Source of the DNA: Lama guanicoe
Lineage: Eukaryota
Assembly (NCBI GenBank): GCA_013239625.1
Contig: MU053379.1
Coordinates: 630,490-694,489 of the forward strand
DNA: 64,000 nucleotides
Direction of reading: 5' to 3'
Shown here: one piece after another, positions 51,722 to 64,000 of the stretch
Numbering within the stretch: the stretch's first letter is position 1
Layout: every line of letters starts with the position of its first letter
Notes under the pieces: generated by a model
Seen by the model: only the letters and a program-made list of their open reading frames with translations
What the model was told of the DNA's origin: nothing
The model's database searches: none
Program-made: the position numbers and the translations under genes

Positions 51722-52188
51722 CTTTTTCTTTTTTTAATTGTATGGTCAGTTTACAATGTTGTGTCAATTTCTGGTGCACAGCACAATGCTTCAGTCATAC
51801 ATGAACATACATATATTCATTTTTCATATTCTTTTTCACCATAAGCTACTATAAGATATCGAATATAGTTCCCTGTGCTATACAGTGTAAACTTGTTTAT
51901 CTGTTTTACATATACCAGTTAGTATCTGCAAATCTCAAACTCCCAATTTATCCCTTCCCACTCCCTTCCCGCTCCCTTGCCACCTGGTAACCATAAGTTT
52001 GTTTTCTATGTCTGTGTGAGTCTGTTTCTAATTTATAAATAAGTTCTTTTTTTTTTTTTTTAGATTCCACATATGAGTGATATCATGTGGTATTTTTCTT
52101 TCTCTTTCTGGCTTACTTCACTTAGGATGACATTCTCCAGGGCCATCCATGTTGCTGCAAATGGCATTATTTTATTATTTTTTTTATG
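51722..52188 (-). mobile_element. Short LINE-1 3' end inserted into an older L1M-type relic
   Basis: Minus-strand ORF2 end ([35 protein letters not shown]) and T tract at 51722. TSD gcaaagcatgat at 51710-51721 and 52189-52200. Confidence 0.9.
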
Positions 52189-53658
52189 GCAAAGCATGAT
52201 GTTGAATAGGATTCTAGACCAGAAAACCAATAACCAAAAAAAAGCTATCAAGGAACATAATTGTGATGATTGATGAAATTTGAATATGGAAAATGGGTTA
52301 GATAGTAATATTGTAAGTGTTAAAATGCCTGATTTTGATCATTGTGCCTTGGCATATGAGCAAATGACCTTGTTCTCAGGAAATACATGCTGGTTTAAGG
52401 AATAATTAATTATGCACAATATCCAACTTACTTGCAATGGTTCAGAAAATAAATAATATATATGCATATATAATGTACACATATATAAATACCTAGAATA
52501 ATAAAGCAAATGGAGAAAAATGTAATAATTGGTGGATTTAGGTGAAGGAAATATGGGAGTACCCCGTACTACTCCTGTAACTTTTCTTTAAGTCTGAAAT
52601 TACAACAAAAGAAAAAGCTACCCTCCAAAATCCCAAACACCTCTGGAAAAATTGTGCTGAGAATAGATGCTTCTTAATGACAACAAAAAAATGCATAAGT
52701 GCTCCTGATTCACCAGATGGTATTGTGGTGTCAGCAACCAGGGTTTCGTGGATGACTAGGGTAGGAGTTTAATACACTAAGATGAAGGGATTTTGAGATG
52801 TATCTGGACTCGCCTTCCCTGAGCACCAGACAATGGGGTACAGCCTCGGAATGCTGTCAAGACACTGTCACACCTACTCACTCATCACCACTCTGGTTAT
52901 GCTTGAAAAGTGGCCATACGCATGCCTATGACCTCAGGGGTGCAGAAGTGTGTCATTGTCCCAGCAGGCGCCCTCCTCAGGAGCACGTTTGGAGAAGTCT
53001 CTTTCACAGTTATAATTTCTTGTGGATTTCAGTCTAGCCATGTGATTCATATTTCTGCTCTGTACTTCTCTTTAGGATGCCATTAAACAGACCCACCGCT
53101 GTACCCAAGTCGGGTCAACCTACTTCTGAACCACAACCCCTTTTCCTCTGGGAATAGATTATCAAGTGGTTTGATGTATCATCGAGCCACAGTTGGCCAA
53201 CTGGCATGCTCGTTTTGCCCTAAAAGAAAGATGTTCCAGACACCAATTTGTACCACTTAGGAAGTAGACCCCAAGAAATCAGGCACAAGCATCCATGAAG
53301 GCATTTCTAATAGAAACAGACAAGTACAGATTTAATCATGCATCTGGTATACCCATTGTTTTTGTAGGTCCATATCTACTTTCTTATTGATATCCAGAGG
53401 ACCTGGCTGAACTACTTCATAAGGCTGAACTTAGCTTCCAAAGTTTACCAACTTCTCAGCTTTGACCCGAAATTGGGAGAGATGATATCCAAGCTATTTT
53501 ATCAACTGTTTTCAGATTCAGCACAGAGGGATAATAAGACTGTACATTTTAAGCCCGGACTTTCAACTCTCAGGCCTAAATTCCATATGAAGTTTTCTAA
53601 TGACAGTTCTAATGATAGCCAAGTTGCAGCAGATTGCCACCGTTTGGCAGGCACATAG

Positions 53659-54160
53659 TGTTACCGAATCCAAGCTCATACTGCTCGCTACATGACGGGC
53701 CAATAAACTGAGGGACAAGTGGCTGGGGCAAGGAATAGCAACTTCATTTGGAAACCCAGCAGACTGAGAGAATGGTGGACTAGCATCCCAAAGAACTGTC
53801 TTACCCAAGTTAGAATTCGGCTTCTTTTATACTAAAAGGGGAGTGGGTGTGGCTGGTTGTTGCAAACTTCTTGGTGCTGGAATCCTTCCTTCTTGCAGTT
53901 GACCTCTTAGGTCTGGTCACAACGTTCTATAAATCTCCATCAAGACAAATGTGATTCCCTGTTCTGCAACTTTTTATCTCTATGTGAATGGAAAAGTATT
54001 ACACCTTTAAATGTCAGAGCCCTGAGAATTTCAGGCTGTAGGTAACATTCTTATACAAACAGTGCAGAGCTGGCATGACTCAGCACAGGCAACAGAGCAC
54101 AAAGGTTAGAGCTAAAGGAATAGATCCAGTATGGAGTCAGGTTTGTTCTTCTCTGTTACA
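53659..54160 (-). mobile_element. Solo ERV1-type LTR (copy B, same family)
   Basis: TGTTAC...TGTTACA termini. Perfect 4-bp TSD atag at 53655-53658 and 54161-54164. Shares long blocks with copy A, such as atgactcagcacaggcaacagagcacaaaggttagagctaaaggaa. Confidence 0.88.
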
Positions 54161-55934
54161 ATAGGTCTGGCCAAAATTCAAAGAACTACCTATTCCAACC
54201 ATCTGACTTGTCAGTTCTTTTGGAAAAGGGCGCTCAGTGATGTGGATACCATCACCCTGATGTTCCACTGTCTACTATCTGCTCATGGTTGATGTCCACT
54301 GACTCCCACCCCTTCATTTATTTAAAATTTTTGTCATCTGGCTTTTATTTTCACCCAGCAGATACCACCCTTTACTTCATCTGCCTGTGTCTCTGGGTTT
54401 TGAAACCAATATTTTCCTTAATCCTTTGTACCTCCTACACATCAGCTCATGCATATTCATTTATGAAAATGGATGCCAAGAGAGGTCTTCAGTTCCACAC
54501 ACCTATGCCCTCCATAGGCTGAGCCAAGACACCTTAATGGCTAAGGCTCCACCTCTCCACTTTCCTGGCAGAACTGCCCATATGATTATTCCCATTAGAC
54601 TGCAGCTCTTTGAGGACAGGGCCAGTATCAATGCTGTTCATTCCCCAATGGCCATCCTCCACTAGAGGATCCCCCCAGAGATCCATCCTTCCGCAGGCTG
54701 CTCAAAACCCTAAAAGGCTGGCCCTCAGATGGCATCACCTACCTTCCGTGTCCCTTGGCTTCCAGTAGGGTTTGGCAAATGAGAGTCACTGGCCAGAGGT
54801 CAGAGAGATTCCCATCCCACACTCTCACCCTCTAGGCATAATCACTTCTGCTGCTGCTGGTTTCTGGACCCTTCACTGTGCTTTGTGGATTCCCCTAACT
54901 CTGCTCACGAGTCTAGAGATTGTCCCTTCACTAAATTCTCTTTAGACTGTTTATTCCCTTTATTTTCTGCTAGATACAGAAGAACCCGACAGATACAATA
55001 CCTCATTCATCAAGTAGGGAAGCTTCCGACAGAAAGTAGCCTGATAAAATGAATTCAAGAGTGAAAGAATCTTAGAAACTTGAAAGACAAAGTTTTTGAA
55101 TGTTGGGAGGCTCATCTTGAAAGTTTTGAATGGGGCAGCTGGGTACCACTTGGTCAGAGATGCAGCATGAAGCTCTTATCAACAGCTGTACCAGTGGCCT
55201 GGTCCTTGCACCCCACATTCCCTGACTGAGCTGCTTCACAGGCCATGGGCAAGGTCAGTAGCAGCCCTACACTGAGATTTGCTTTGCTTTCCCCCGTGAT
55301 GGCTCTGTTCCTGTCAACTTTCATCGTTAGAGGAAATATATAAGGACACAAAAACATACATTTGTTAAGAAAGAAAACTGCGCTCCAGTCAGCAGAATGA
55401 CTGTAGCTACAAGACACACTAAAAGGAAAAGTTAATTCCTTAGAACAGAGCTTCTATTTTAAGAAGATGGGAAGAAAGAAGAGATGTCCTCAAGTGATGG
55501 ATAATGAAGACACTTCCCAGACATCCTCAAAGGCTGCGGTTTTCAGACATAAAACCTAAAACAAAATGCACAACAAAGGGGGGCACCCAAGTCAGATTCT
55601 GCCTGCTTATTTTGTTCTGTGGTCAGCCTCTGCTGAACATAGCAGTTTAAACTCGAGCCACAGAGCGTGAGTGGTCCCTGTCTCTAACATGCCTTTGGAC
55701 TGTCCTCAATGACCCTAACTTGTGGTCAGTTCTCTAAAGGCACATTGTTTTTTTCAAGACAACCTGAGTTTTCAGGTAATACACACACTGGATTTGAAAA
55801 TGCCACTTTTCCAGGATTTGTGACGTGATGTCCTCGTGACCTCTAAGACCAATTCCAGGGCAGCGCAGAGCCAACATGCCAGTGTTCCCAAGCCTGCACT
55901 TGGGGCCTGAATTTGGCTGAGTCCCTGCAGTACT

Positions 55935-56130
55935 CTTCTGGAGCTGCCTCTTAGGAGCTCATAAGACCCAACTGTTAAACATTCAGGAATTTGGGGAGCT
56001 GGTTGATACCTCGTTGGAGCTTGAAATCAACCATGTGGGAATATTTACACCATAGGAATTGACAAACACCATAAGGAGACTTCTGGACGTCCACCCCCTG
56101 AAAGTTGTTCAACATTTACTGGCATCACAT
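55935..56130. mobile_element. MER63-like (hAT-Blackjack) relic
   Basis: tgttaaacattcaggaattt..gagctggttg...gggaatatttacaccatagg resembles the recalled consensus. Confidence 0.55.
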
Positions 56131-57595
56131 TACCTGTGAAATAATTTAGATCCATCTCTCCAGTGTGTGGCAGAAATCGATGGAGAGAAATTTCTGATGT
56201 CCTTTCTTCAGGCTCTGCCAGCTCAAAAGAAAATCAGGCTTTACGTTATGTAAAATGGTACCCTAAATTTAAATGCTCAGTTAAACAAAATTAGACTAGA
56301 ATTAGCGTATACAGCCTGATAAAATGGCTTGTTTTGATTTCAAGTTGGCTCAAGAAGTTTCTGAAAATTAACTTACGATAAATTGCCTTATAAAGTTAAA
56401 ATGCCTTCCAAAACTTTATGGGGCCATTTCAAAAACTGAGGAAGTCAGCCAGTAAATTAAAGTGCATCACTATACAGAAAGAAAGAGATTTATCTCAAAA
56501 ACAGTTTAGGCCCAGCTGGGAGAATTGGTCTCTATTTCAGTGCAAAAGGAGATCATAATCCCTAGTGAATCTCAAGATTTCTTTTTTTCTCCCCCATGAA
56601 AAAATGGCTGACCATTGGCTCTATTGTTTTTGGCCAAGTTTTCCACCAAAACAAGAATTTTGCCACCGCAATGACCTAACTTGGGAAACAATTTGATAAC
56701 ATTTGTAGGAAACACAAAACATTTGTTCTACTCTATCTGAAGACCAGCCATGGGGCTAGGAGGAGAGCATAATATTCTGCCTCGAAACAAAGAAAAAAAT
56801 TAATAAGGTCAGTGGCTGGAAGACTATTTCAGTTCAAATGAAGGTCACCCAGAGCCTGTGAAATGTTGTCTTTCAAACCAGTAATGAACACGCCTCACAC
56901 AACATCACGACCAGCTAAAATCTTGGACCCATTCAGCTGGTTATTAGGGCATAAATGGAGAGCTTTATTATACAATAAATTGTAAAGTGGGCAGCTAGCT
57001 TGGACCAAAAAAACAGCAAGAACAGTAGTTAGCTGCAAAAATAGAGTTACATGTTTGAAGAACCAGGAGGAAGTTTCTTGATGTGGTCGGGGGTAGAAAT
57101 GAAAGCTTCTTGTGATAACTCAGAGTTCAGCTGGATGAGGGCAGACAATACAAGTTAGGCAACATTGTTATTGCTGATTGACTTTTTAAAAAATCAATCA
57201 ATTCAACTGTCAGCAAAAGCCTATTAAATGTGACCAGTGAAGTTATTTGAAGTAACGTGATATACTGTGTCATAGGACATATGGGTTAAAATCATGATGC
57301 CTGAGTTAAATAGCCCACCTTTGAAGCCTTCATGACCCATTAGCTATGTGATCTCAGAACAGAGACTTAATCTCTCTCAGCCGCACATGCCTCATCTGTA
57401 AGCTGGAGGTGACAGTAGTTCCCAAAAGATGCTGTGAGGGTTAGATGGTGTGCTTACAATGGTGTGTGGCACATAGTAAGTGCTTGATAAATATTAGCCG
57501 CTATTTTTGGCAAGTAGCCTGACTTGCTCCAAGCATTCATCTTGGCTTGGAATCCCCCAGAAGCGGGCTCTGAGGCAAGGATTCAAGTACCAGCA

Positions 57596-57915
57596 CAGTT
57601 GACGCTCTGCATCCGTGGGCTCCATCAACCGCAGATGAAAAATATTTGGGGAAAAAAAAGTTCCAGAAAGTTCCAAAAAGCAAAACTTGGATTTGCCTAT
57701 GCTTGTGCACCTATTTACACAGCATTTGCATTGTCTTTACAGCTATTTACACAGCACTGCATTAGATATTATAAGTAATCTGGAGGTGATTGAAAGTATA
57801 AGGGAGGGAGTACATAGGTCATGTGCAAATACTATGTCATTTTATGTAAGGGACTTGAGCATTTGAAGTGGGGGTGCCTGGAACCAATCCTCTGTGAATA
57901 TCGAGGGAGGCCCAC
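57596..57915. mobile_element. MER2-like (TcMar-Tigger) relic nested in an LTR16/33-like element (about 57537-58260)
   Basis: cagttgac.ctctgcatccgtggg...aagcaaaacttg.atttgcc...ggaaccaatcctctgtgaatatcgaggga. Confidence 0.75.
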
Positions 57916-59602
57916 GGTGTGTTTGGGAGAGGATCCTGGGACACCAGGAGATGACTGGGGAAGGGAGGCAGGGCAGGGAAGGCAGTGAATCATGGGGGTG
58001 TTACCACAATTACCACTATGGGCATCCGGGGACTCTAGGAGACAGCACAAGACACCCCACAGAGATACCCCACCGAGATACCCCACCCAAGGGGTGAGGA
58101 AGCTGGGTTCTTATCCATCAACTCCCAGTGCCCCTCTGGCTGAAGGCTGCTTGAGAAGGCATTAAATATCTAGGATGTGGGACAGAAAACGGCACATGGC
58201 TCAGAGTAAGCAGCCCTCAGTGTTAGAGGAAAGACGTGCTAAGGGGATGCCAGGGGGGCGCTAGCAGCAGCAGCCAGAGCTCTGAAACATTGTCTTCAGA
58301 TCATTAAATGAGCTGAAGTTCCTCTACATATTTACCAGGTCAACCCTATAGTGACAATAATGCAACAAAACAAAACAAAAACTGCATTCATTCTATGCTG
58401 GTTTTAACCCAGAGAGTTAAGATAAGAAATAAATTAGGTAACTTAAAAAAATTGTTAAGTTCCCATCTAATCAACTCAGCCTTGAGTTTAAACCCTAATT
58501 CTGACTCGAACTGCTTACCTCTTCCTCGATATCTGTCACTTGAAGCTGGAAATGTACCTAATATTTTTCACAGTGCTGTGAAGTAGCCAAGTTTTCGTGA
58601 AAAAGGCAAAAAAAAAAAAAAACCCTCTGTTTCCAAACATCACTAAGCTTTAACAGCTGCAATAACACGCTTCCCCAGTAACTGAAACCACTCAAGTATT
58701 TAGGAAAAATAACATAGAAAGATTTTCCCATGCATCCAGACAGAGGTTCAAACACTAAAGCGATAAGTAACACCGATCAACTCTATTCCTAAACTGAGAA
58801 ATTTATCTGTTACATAATCTGATCTTATGTGTCTCTTTCATGTGAAAAGGGGCAAGTCAGTATATATGGCCAACATTTCTAAAACAAATTACAGCCTCAG
58901 AGAAAAAGATTGATTGATTTGGCTACATAAAATATAGACCTTTTTGTCCCACAAACACACATACAAAAAAAACCCAACAGCAACAACAATCCCTACACAA
59001 TGTTAGAGGCTGATCAAAAAATGAGGGGAAAGTTTGCATATTGGACAAAAGACAAAGTACTATATAAAGAAAGATTACAAATCAATAAAAGAAGACAAAT
59101 ATCCAATAGAAAGGTGGGCAAAGAACAAAAGCAGTTGAGAATTTTATATGCTACAGAGTGATCATTCACGGTGTTTTCAAATGTAAAGGAAAAAAACAAA
59201 ACATATTTAAGTGGTCCAAGTTCTTAAAGCAAATGATTACTTTAGAGTTTCATACGAAATGTTAAAGTTTAAGGAGGAAGGCGCATGGTCCAAAAACATG
59301 AAAAGACATTCAAGCTCATTATTCGTCAAATACTGCAAATATAAAATGAGCAAGTGGTACCTCCCAATAAATCGGTGAGGATTTAAAAGATCATAAATAC
59401 CTACCTGACACTGATGTGGGTCCAGGGACCTGCACATCCATACACTATTCCTGGGAATGTGATATTTCAAGAAAGCAAACTGACAACACGCTTCATATTT
59501 CTTTAAAAAGCTCAAGAACTTTGACCTAGCAACTCCACGTACAGGAATTTAGCCTGAGGAAATAACTGGACAAATGTCTGAACGTATTGTCAGTGGATGT
59601 TG

Positions 59603-59865
59603 TGTCAGTCAGGACTTCCCAGAGAGACAGAACTAATGTGATACGCATATATTTAGAGGGAGAGATCGATGGATTTTAAATAATTGGCTTATGTGCTCGC
59701 AGGGGCTGGAAAGTCTGAAATCCATAGAACAGGCTGGCAATTCAGATAAGCCTTGATTTGCAGTCTTGCGTCTGAGATCATTTAGTGCAGGGGAGCAGGC
59801 TGGCAAGTCAGGGAGAATTTCTACTGTTACCGCCTTGAAGTGAATTCCTTTTTCTCCAGGAAACC
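59603..59865. mobile_element. MLT2-like (ERVL) LTR fragment, followed by a minus-strand L1 3' tail (about 59870-60065)
   Basis: tgtcagtcaggacttcccagagagacagaac...aattggcttatgtg...aagtctgaaatcc. Then a T tract and aattgaagtataattgattacaatg...gttccctgtgct. Confidence 0.65.
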
Positions 59866-60371
59866 TGTTTTTTGTTTTTTTTTAAAATTGAAGTATAATT
59901 GATTACAATGTTAATTTCAGGTGTACAGCATAGTGATTCAGTTACACACACATATATATTCCTTTCATATTCTTTTTCATTCTAGGCTATTACAAGATAT
60001 TGAATGTAGTTCCCTGTGCTCTACAGTAGGACCTTGTTGTTTATCTGCTATATGTATAGTAGTTTGTTAAAAATCACTTTTTTAATTATTGGATTAAAAG
60101 GTGATGGCACTATGAACTGGAGACACATTTTCTTTCTTCTACATTTTCAGGATTTTTTCCCCCAATAAACCTGCCTTTTTTTATAACCAGGGGAAAAAAA
60201 TGCAACAAAGCAATTTCCATTCTGTAGTTTTTTTTTTTTACTGCTCTCGGCTCAACCAGCAAAATTAACCAGGTCCCATCTGTACCACAACTCAGGGCCC
60301 AGGGGGCCCCATTCCCTTGGCAGCCAGCAAGGCGTTCTTGCCGGAGCCATCGCGGCAACTGTGGCCTCTGT

Positions 60372-60440
60372 GGTTGCCAGCATCACCATGGCTACCTGCA
60401 TCACCGTGGCTGCCAGCATCACTGCGGCTACCTGCAGATG
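60372..60440. repeat. 18-bp minisatellite, about 3.5-4 copies
   Basis: gcatcaccatggctacct / gcatcaccgtggctgcca / gcatcactgcggctacct / gca. Confidence 0.8.
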
Positions 60441-63400
60441 CAATCCTGCCACGGTCTCCGGGGCAGGGAGAGCCTCCTCCGTCATGTTGCCATGCTTATT
60501 AATATAAGATAAGCGGAGAAGCAAAGGGAGGAAAAACAGAGAGGGGCGAAGTCCTGTGTCCTCAGCACTGACACCAGGCCCTGGGCGCATCTCCCTGGTT
60601 AATCTCGCTCCCACAGAGTCTTTCTCTCGGGAGAAACTGGAGACAAGTTTCCCAGCAGCTGGGTCAGAGGGCCGTCAGGTGCAGTGTTTTGTTACACATC
60701 CCTTCCCGCCGCACTCGTGTTCCAGCCCGTGCCGGGCGCCTCAAGGTGGATTCTCTACAAGAGCAGATGGAGTGACTTTAGCCGTTGCTCTGTCCTCCAG
60801 CCTCCTCCGCACAGTGTTTTGGGGTCTTGATCCTGGGTGTCTACACCCATTCCAACACAGCCTCTCTTTCCAAAGGATGCCTTTGTGTCGGTGTTGGGTG
60901 GTAGGAGAGTCACCGGCAGGACCTGGCAGACTGACAGAAACACCTTCTCAGATTTGGTGCTTCCTCCTGGGTCTCTGGCGTGGGACCCTCACAGGCATGA
61001 TGGTCCCTTAATCCATTTCATGTGAGACGTGGAACTGTGGCCTTTTCTCACTTTTATTTTTTTTATCAGTCCCCCTCACCATGGATTTACTATGACTCCA
61101 GAATGTAAAGTGTGTGCGTGTGTGTGTAGCCAACCTTAAAGAACTCTGCTGTTACGTGAGGCTGCTCTGCTGATAAACTTGGTTATACGGGATAAACCAG
61201 CTGAAGGGGAGATTTCAGTAAGTTGTTACAGCAACCTTTCCACTGGGTATGAATGTTAGTATATTACTTTCCTTAGAAAATAAAATCAGCTGATGGAAGG
61301 TAAGGTAATGCTGACTTTGTTTCATGAGAAATAAGAACTCTACTCAGACGGAGCCCACTCGTTATTTGTGGCTCAGACTTTCTATGTTTTCCAGGAAACA
61401 AGTGGATATTTTGGGTTCTTAACATCTCCCCAGAATGCGCAGTTTCTTCTACACAGAGAGGGAGGAACTTTCACTCAGGAAAGAAAATATTTTTTCTTTT
61501 CTTTTCTTTTCTTTTTTCTTTTTTTTTCCTGAGAGGAAGCTATTTCCAACTATGCCCTCATTCATTTTTATGGTTGGTAAAGCATTTTCTTTGTATTAGC
61601 CAAAAAGACTAAAGTATAAAACCAGAAGCTTCTGAGATGGCTTCTTAGCCAGGACGATACTGCAGCCATCTCCGCTTCTGGATTCGGGAAAAACAGATGC
61701 AATCGCGGCTGGCCAGGAAGGCCACCTCACAGAATTCAGGAAGTGCTTTCTGCTCTTTTTTCTCTGAAAACTTGGAAGTGCAGTCCCAGTTTGTTTGTTG
61801 ACTACGCTGTTCTTGTTTCTTGTAACCATAGCGTCTGGCTTAGTTGAGTGTTTCTTATGTCAAGCTACTGCTGGGCCAGTATTTACCATTTTAGAAATTT
61901 CCATGAGTCATAAAATAAACCTGAACCCTGCTGTGCCTTCTATGGGCGCCTTTTTCCTAGAGTTGTTTAAAATAAAAGGGAAAAACGCTAAATCTGGATT
62001 TCTCAGCATTTATCAGATCCATGGGTCGAGGATCCTTCTCTGAGACTTCAAAGCCGTTCAAGGTGTACCCCCGCTGCTGCCTGAAGCCCCCTTCATGCCC
62101 TGCAGCCCAGGGCCCTCTCCAGAGGCCCAGGCTGGGGCTGGGAAGGAAAGGAAGCCATCAAGGTTTGAAGTGAGGAAGTGACTCACGGGCTCAAAGGGTG
62201 GGAAGGAAGGTTTTCCACAGGAGCGAGAAATATAAATGAGCAAGTGATTCTTCCATCTCCGGCGTGGAAAATCTTACGAGGGGACCACCTCTTCATGACT
62301 GAGCCTGAATTTATTGACCCTGAAAAATAGAAAATACAGAAATGACTGTAAGTTGTGACACGTCTGCTTCTCCTTGACATGAAGAGTACGTGACATGAAT
62401 GCTATTTTTCTCCCTTGGTGACAATCAGCTCCCTTTCTTTCCCCAGATGTGGTCGACTGAGAAGAAACCCACTAGGCCACAGCCTGGACAACTCAGCAAC
62501 TTCCTGATTTTGCTGTAAAAGTCAGCCCTGTGTGAAGAGCCCAGGGCCTAGAGTTTAGAAATGAAAACTCAAGGGTCTGCCTCAGTATGACTAGAATAAG
62601 GATCCTCTACAAATTGCTAATACTGCGCTAGGATACTCAATAAAACTTCCATTTTGTGCAGGCATCACATTTTTGAGCCAAAGGAGTTTAACTCAACACC
62701 TTCAGTTTGCAGGTGAGGGCAAGGAGGCCCAGAGAGAGGCACTGTGCAAGAGGTCACACGGCCGGTGAAAGCTGGAGCTGGTGACAGTGGTGTCACACAC
62801 CTCCCTGCAAGACTGATGATAGAAATATTTGGCATCTTAGTGGTAAAACCAAAACAGTTCTACGGAAAGGCACTTGAATCTCACGTCACAGCCACTGTCC
62901 CTTCGCCGTTTCTGGTGGAGCTGCCTTTGAGCCTGCTTTGAGGCCTCATTGGGCAGAGCTGGGTGTCTCTGGCTGAAGTATCATTTGAAATCCTCCTCCC
63001 ACCCCTAGAAGAAGGGCAAACTAGGAAGCACAGCAGAGCAGCCCCTCAAGGCAAAAATCAATCAATTAATTAAAAAATTACATTTATATCTACCTGGGTA
63101 TCTTGCATAGAGCCTAATTTTTTGGTAGAAACATTTAGTGTTCTTTCCTTCCAAACATCAATCTCTGACCTTAGACATCTCTTCCGTACTCATAATCACC
63201 AGCCTTGGTGAGAAATCACGTCGGGAGTAAACGCTCACTTCCTTCCTCTCTGGATGCCTCACTCACTCAGATCCAGTAACATCTCCCCACTAGGATCTGT
63301 CCCACCAACAGGCTCCCGAGAATCCCCAAGGGACCCTGGGTGGCGTCCATCTTAGCGTGGATCTGTTTTCACTAGAGATCTCCCTGTGGCAGGGCCCATG

Positions 63401-64000
63401 ACGAACTCATCTTCATATTCCTGGTGGCGAACACGGTCACAGCTGGCACACAGCAGGATCCCCAAAAACAGCTGTCAGATCTGACTGAAAACTATTTCAA
63501 AGTGGCATCCCACCATGAATGCAGTGTTTTGCCTCCAAACACAAACTTTCATTTTTTAACCCTTACCTCCTCTTTTTCACAGGAAAAATTCAGGTGGTAA
63601 AAATAGACGGGATGGCACAAACATCCTTTAAAAAGGGAAGGCTTTCTAGGACTCCTCCTTGGTTAGCGTGCATTAGATTGAACCATAAGAAATTCCTGCT
63701 TTTCTAAGTCAAAGCTAGTTGAGTGCTGCCCTTTTCCTATGTTCAGACTAATGTAAGTGCAAATAATATACCTACAAACACATCGCGTTATACTTGACTC
63801 TCAAAGGGAACATATGGCCCAAGAGGGTGAATAACCATTGGTCAGGACTGTTGAGCCACCTTCTACTCCTTTTTCTCAAGCAGCACACTGTTACCTGAAA
63901 AACACATGCCGTGGTTGTTCAATTTTCAACGTTATAAAATAGCGGTATGTGACTTTTACTCTGCTCTAAGGATTAACAGAGAAATCAGTGGTGTTACCAT

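Noticed and set aside
47458..53658. Full-length provirus between the two related LTRs
   Set aside because: No PBS, gag, pol or env is recognisable. Copy B has its own TSD and the interval contains older repeats.

Overview
This is mammalian genomic DNA, not prokaryotic, and probably camelid (inferred from the tRNA-derived SINE family and the L1 3' UTR type). It holds the known convergent gene pair PCSK2 and BFSP1. On the + strand is the last coding exon of PCSK2 (prohormone convertase 2; 6590-7076) with a long 3' UTR. On the - strand is the complete BFSP1 (filensin, lens beaded-filament protein) coding region in 8 exons (44365 to 15082). I spliced it by hand at GT-AG junctions into an intact 2046-nt ORF of 681 aa. 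The rest is intron or intergenic sequence rich in L1, SINE, ERV/MaLR LTR and MER-type DNA-transposon relics, with one 129-nt assembly gap. Almost all other ORF-track entries are chance or antisense shadow ORFs. I see no support for a new multi-gene biological system. The items most worth a second look are small-scale: a two-copy 14-aa repeat in the filensin tail, likely DNA-repair scars (overlapping palindromes, a 21-nt templated copy, a 92-bp tandem duplication), nested retro-insertions with clear TSDs, and promoter-motif-rich solo LTRs pointing toward BFSP1. Repeat family names are from recalled consensus sequences and need RepeatMasker/Dfam confirmation.
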